Program-made: the position numbers and the translations under genes | Part shown: one piece after another, positions 61,932-64,000 of the stretch | How the letters are laid out: every line of letters starts with the position of its first letter | How positions within the stretch are numbered: the stretch's first letter is position 1 | Assembly (NCBI GenBank): GCA_965246885.1 | Contig: OZ251992.1 | Location: 2,752,001 to 2,816,000, forward strand | From: Abditibacterium sp. | GTDB taxonomy: Bacteria > Armatimonadota > Abditibacteriia > Abditibacteriales > Abditibacteriaceae | Direction of reading: 5' to 3' | DNA: 64,000 bases | Notes under the pieces: model-generated | Databases searched by the model: none | Told to the model about the DNA's origin: nothing | Seen by the model: the letters and a program-made list of their open reading frames with translations, nothing else

Positions 61932-63076
61932 GCCGCTCCTTGCCCGCCACGCTCCCGGAAGGTGAGCGCCACCTGCAATGTCGTGTCGGGGTAGTTGTCG
62001 AGCAGTTGGAACCCCTTGGGCGCTTCCTCGAACGGGAGTTCCTGCGTGATAAGCGGCAGCAGTTCCAAGCGCCCCGCCGCTTGCAATGCCATGACGGTGC
62101 GCTCCAAGCGCGGCACGTCCCAACGCTGCGACAGTTCCGGCGGCACGTTGAATATCTGCGAGCAGATGATGCGCACGCGGTTGTGGTGGAACTCTTCGCC
62201 CAGCGCCAGCCCGCCGGAGTTGCCTTGATAAAAGCCGAGCGAGACGACTTTCCCAGCATACGCGACGGTGCGGATGGCCTCGGCGAGCGCGTGGTAGTTG
62301 CCGGTGGCTTCAATCACCACATCGGCGCCGCGCCCGTTCGTCCACTCTTTGGTTTTGAGGGCGGCGTCGTTGGTGATGAGTTCATCCGCGTAGCGCGCGG
62401 CGGCTTTGAGGCGGGCGGGGTTGGTGTCAACGGCATAGACCCGCGCGCCGGATAAGCGGGCGAGGGCCATGCAGATGAGGCCGACCATGCCCGCACCGAA
62501 GACCACGACTGTTTCGCCGACGTTGATTTGGGCGTCGAGGATGCCGTTGAGGGCAATGGCGCCAATGCGCGCGAAAATGCCACAGCGCGGGTCAATGCCT
62601 TTGGGCAGGATGTTCCCGCGCGCGACGTCGCCGTGTTGCACGAACTCCGTGCGATGCCCCCACGACCCCCACACCATGTCGCCGACTTGCACCCCTTGAA
62701 CGTCGGCGCCAACGTCGGTAACGACGCCCACTTCCTCGTAGCCCACGACGGCGGGGTAGAAGTGCCCTTCACCGGCTTCGGGCAGAAAGAGCTTGAGCGT
62801 GGTGTCAAAGCGTTTGTGGGCGTAGGGGTTGGAGCCGCGATAGATCGTCATTTCCGTGCCCGCCGAGATGCCGGAATACAGCGTCTTGCCGCGCACTTCC
62901 CACGCCGGAATCGGGCCGGGGCGGTAGCGGTCAAAGCCAATGACCCCCGGCTCGCGGATGACCATGACTTCCTCTTCGCCATCGGCCAAGGGCGGGCGGA
63001 AGTGCCGCTCCCCGGCGCGGCGAGCGGGGTGGATGGTGGTGGCTTCGGTGGGCGGGGCAGTGGGTTCGGGTTGCAT
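61928..63076 (-). CDS. Medium-chain dehydrogenase/reductase (Zn-ADH-like fold)
   Basis: YSGISAGTE, GYEEVG, VFGAGMVG, GADVVIEATG, EFHHNR. Confidence 0.85.
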   Translation of the reverse strand: MQPEPTAPPTEATTIHPARRAGERHFRPPLADGEEEVMVIREPGVIGFDRYRPGPIPAWEVRGKTLYSGISAGTEMTIYRGSNPYAHKRFDTTLKLFLPEAGEGHFYPAVVGYEEVGVVTDVGADVQGVQVGDMVWGSWGHRTEFVQHGDVARGNILPKGIDPRCGIFARIGAIALNGILDAQINVGETVVVFGAGMVGLICMALARLSGARVYAVDTNPARLKAAARYADELITNDAALKTKEWTNGRGADVVIEATGNYHALAEAIRTVAYAGKVVSLGFYQGNSGGLALGEEFHHNRVRIICSQIFNVPPELSQRWDVPRLERTVMALQAAGRLELLPLITQELPFEEAPKGFQLLDNYPDTTLQVALTFRERGGQGAA

Positions 63077-63082
63077 GAGAGT

Positions 63083-64000
63083 TTACTCGTAATTGGGCGC
63101 ACATTCGAGCACCACTTGGAGCGCGTCGCCGCCACTCGCCAACAAGTCGAAGGCGCTCTGGGCGTCGTGGAAAGCGAAGCGGTGCGTGAAGAGGTGCCGC
63201 TCGATAGTTTCGCCGTCCGAGCCGAGAAAGTCGAGGGTTTGCGCGGCCAAGCGGCGCCTGTCCCAATGCGGGGCGAGCTTGCGCGGCACACGGCCAATTT
63301 GTGCGCAGATGTGTTTGAGGCCGTTGTGGTGAAACTCGCGCCCGAACCGGACGTTGGCGGCGCCCTCTTGATAAAAGCCGAGGTCTATCACAGGACTTTG
63401 CGGCGCCAGAACGCGCAAGCAGTGCGTCAGCATTTCGTCGGAGCCGGTGCACTGAAAGGCGACATCAACGCCGCGCCGCCCGGCGCCGTCGTGATAGCGC
63501 ACCTTGGCCCAGTCGCCCGGATCGGTGTGGGTCGTGTCAACGGGCACCATCCCCAACTGCCGCGCGACTTCCAACTTCGCCGCGTTGCGGCCCGCAATCG
63601 CCACTTCCGCCGCGCCCGCGCGCAGACACATCAGGCCCGTCAGCATGCCGATGACGCCCGTTCCGCCGACGAAAACGGTCTTGCCGCGCACGCCACAACC
63701 GAAGGTTTGCGCGGCGTCTCCCCACGCTTCCTCGTCGGCGTGCAAGATGCCATTGGCGCAAATCGGCCCCATTTGCGCGACGTAAATGCCAAGTTCCGGC
63801 GCGATGCCTTCGGGCAAGGGAAACCACAACTCCTCGGCGGCATGGACAGTGTGCCCCGACTTGTGGCCATACGTCATGCCGACGATTTCCCCTTCGCGCG
63901 CGGCGTCGGTGCGAGACGCCACAACGCGCCCGACCTGCATATAGCCGGAAAAGCGCATCGGGTATTCGTCGTGCCCGTCATTGTCCACGAAGAGCTTTTT
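63083..64000 (-). CDS. Medium-chain dehydrogenase/reductase, 5' end outside window
   Basis: GYMQVGRV, VGGTGVIG, GVDVAFQCTG, EFHHNG; paralog of the adjacent gene; frame open to the window edge. Confidence 0.8.
   Translation of the reverse strand, partial: KKLFVDNDGHDEYPMRFSGYMQVGRVVASRTDAAREGEIVGMTYGHKSGHTVHAAEELWFPLPEGIAPELGIYVAQMGPICANGILHADEEAWGDAAQTFGCGVRGKTVFVGGTGVIGMLTGLMCLRAGAAEVAIAGRNAAKLEVARQLGMVPVDTTHTDPGDWAKVRYHDGAGRRGVDVAFQCTGSDEMLTHCLRVLAPQSPVIDLGFYQEGAANVRFGREFHHNGLKHICAQIGRVPRKLAPHWDRRRLAAQTLDFLGSDGETIERHLFTHRFAFHDAQSAFDLLASGGDALQVVLECAPNYE

Overview
A GC-rich bacterial chromosomal window, mostly housekeeping genes. The gene mix is Terrabacteria-like, possibly Armatimonadota/Abditibacteriota (inference only). 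It holds comEC, an RND-type adaptor plus a WD40 protein, an NfeD-like/flotillin pair, purE, five tRNA genes (Ala-GGC, Gly-GCC, Arg-CCT, Arg-CCG, Glu-CTC), crtB-fasciclin-crtI, ABC transporter parts, tig-clpP, murA-mreB, tadA, uvrB, a MoxR-bpX5 pair and a dehydrogenase/glycosyltransferase operon at the right edge. The F1Fo ATP synthase locus is split: atpZ-I-B-E-F-H-A-[hicAB]-G on the minus strand and atpD-C about 34 kb away on the plus strand. The most unusual element is a 2250-aa SecA. It carries a roughly 630-aa helical insertion in the preprotein cross-linking domain and a degenerate duplicate of half of its second nucleotide-binding domain. A SecM-like, signal-bearing leader ORF and a long hairpin precede it. 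Other oddities are the HicAB toxin-antitoxin pair inside the atp operon, an NDP-sugar pyrophosphorylase fused to a wHTH and a pseudo-receiver domain, a dispersed set of 21-nt-periodic arrays, and palindromic elements that supply stop codons to neighbouring genes. No CRISPR array, rRNA, integrase or transposase was seen. All calls come from motif reading by eye; no database searches were run.
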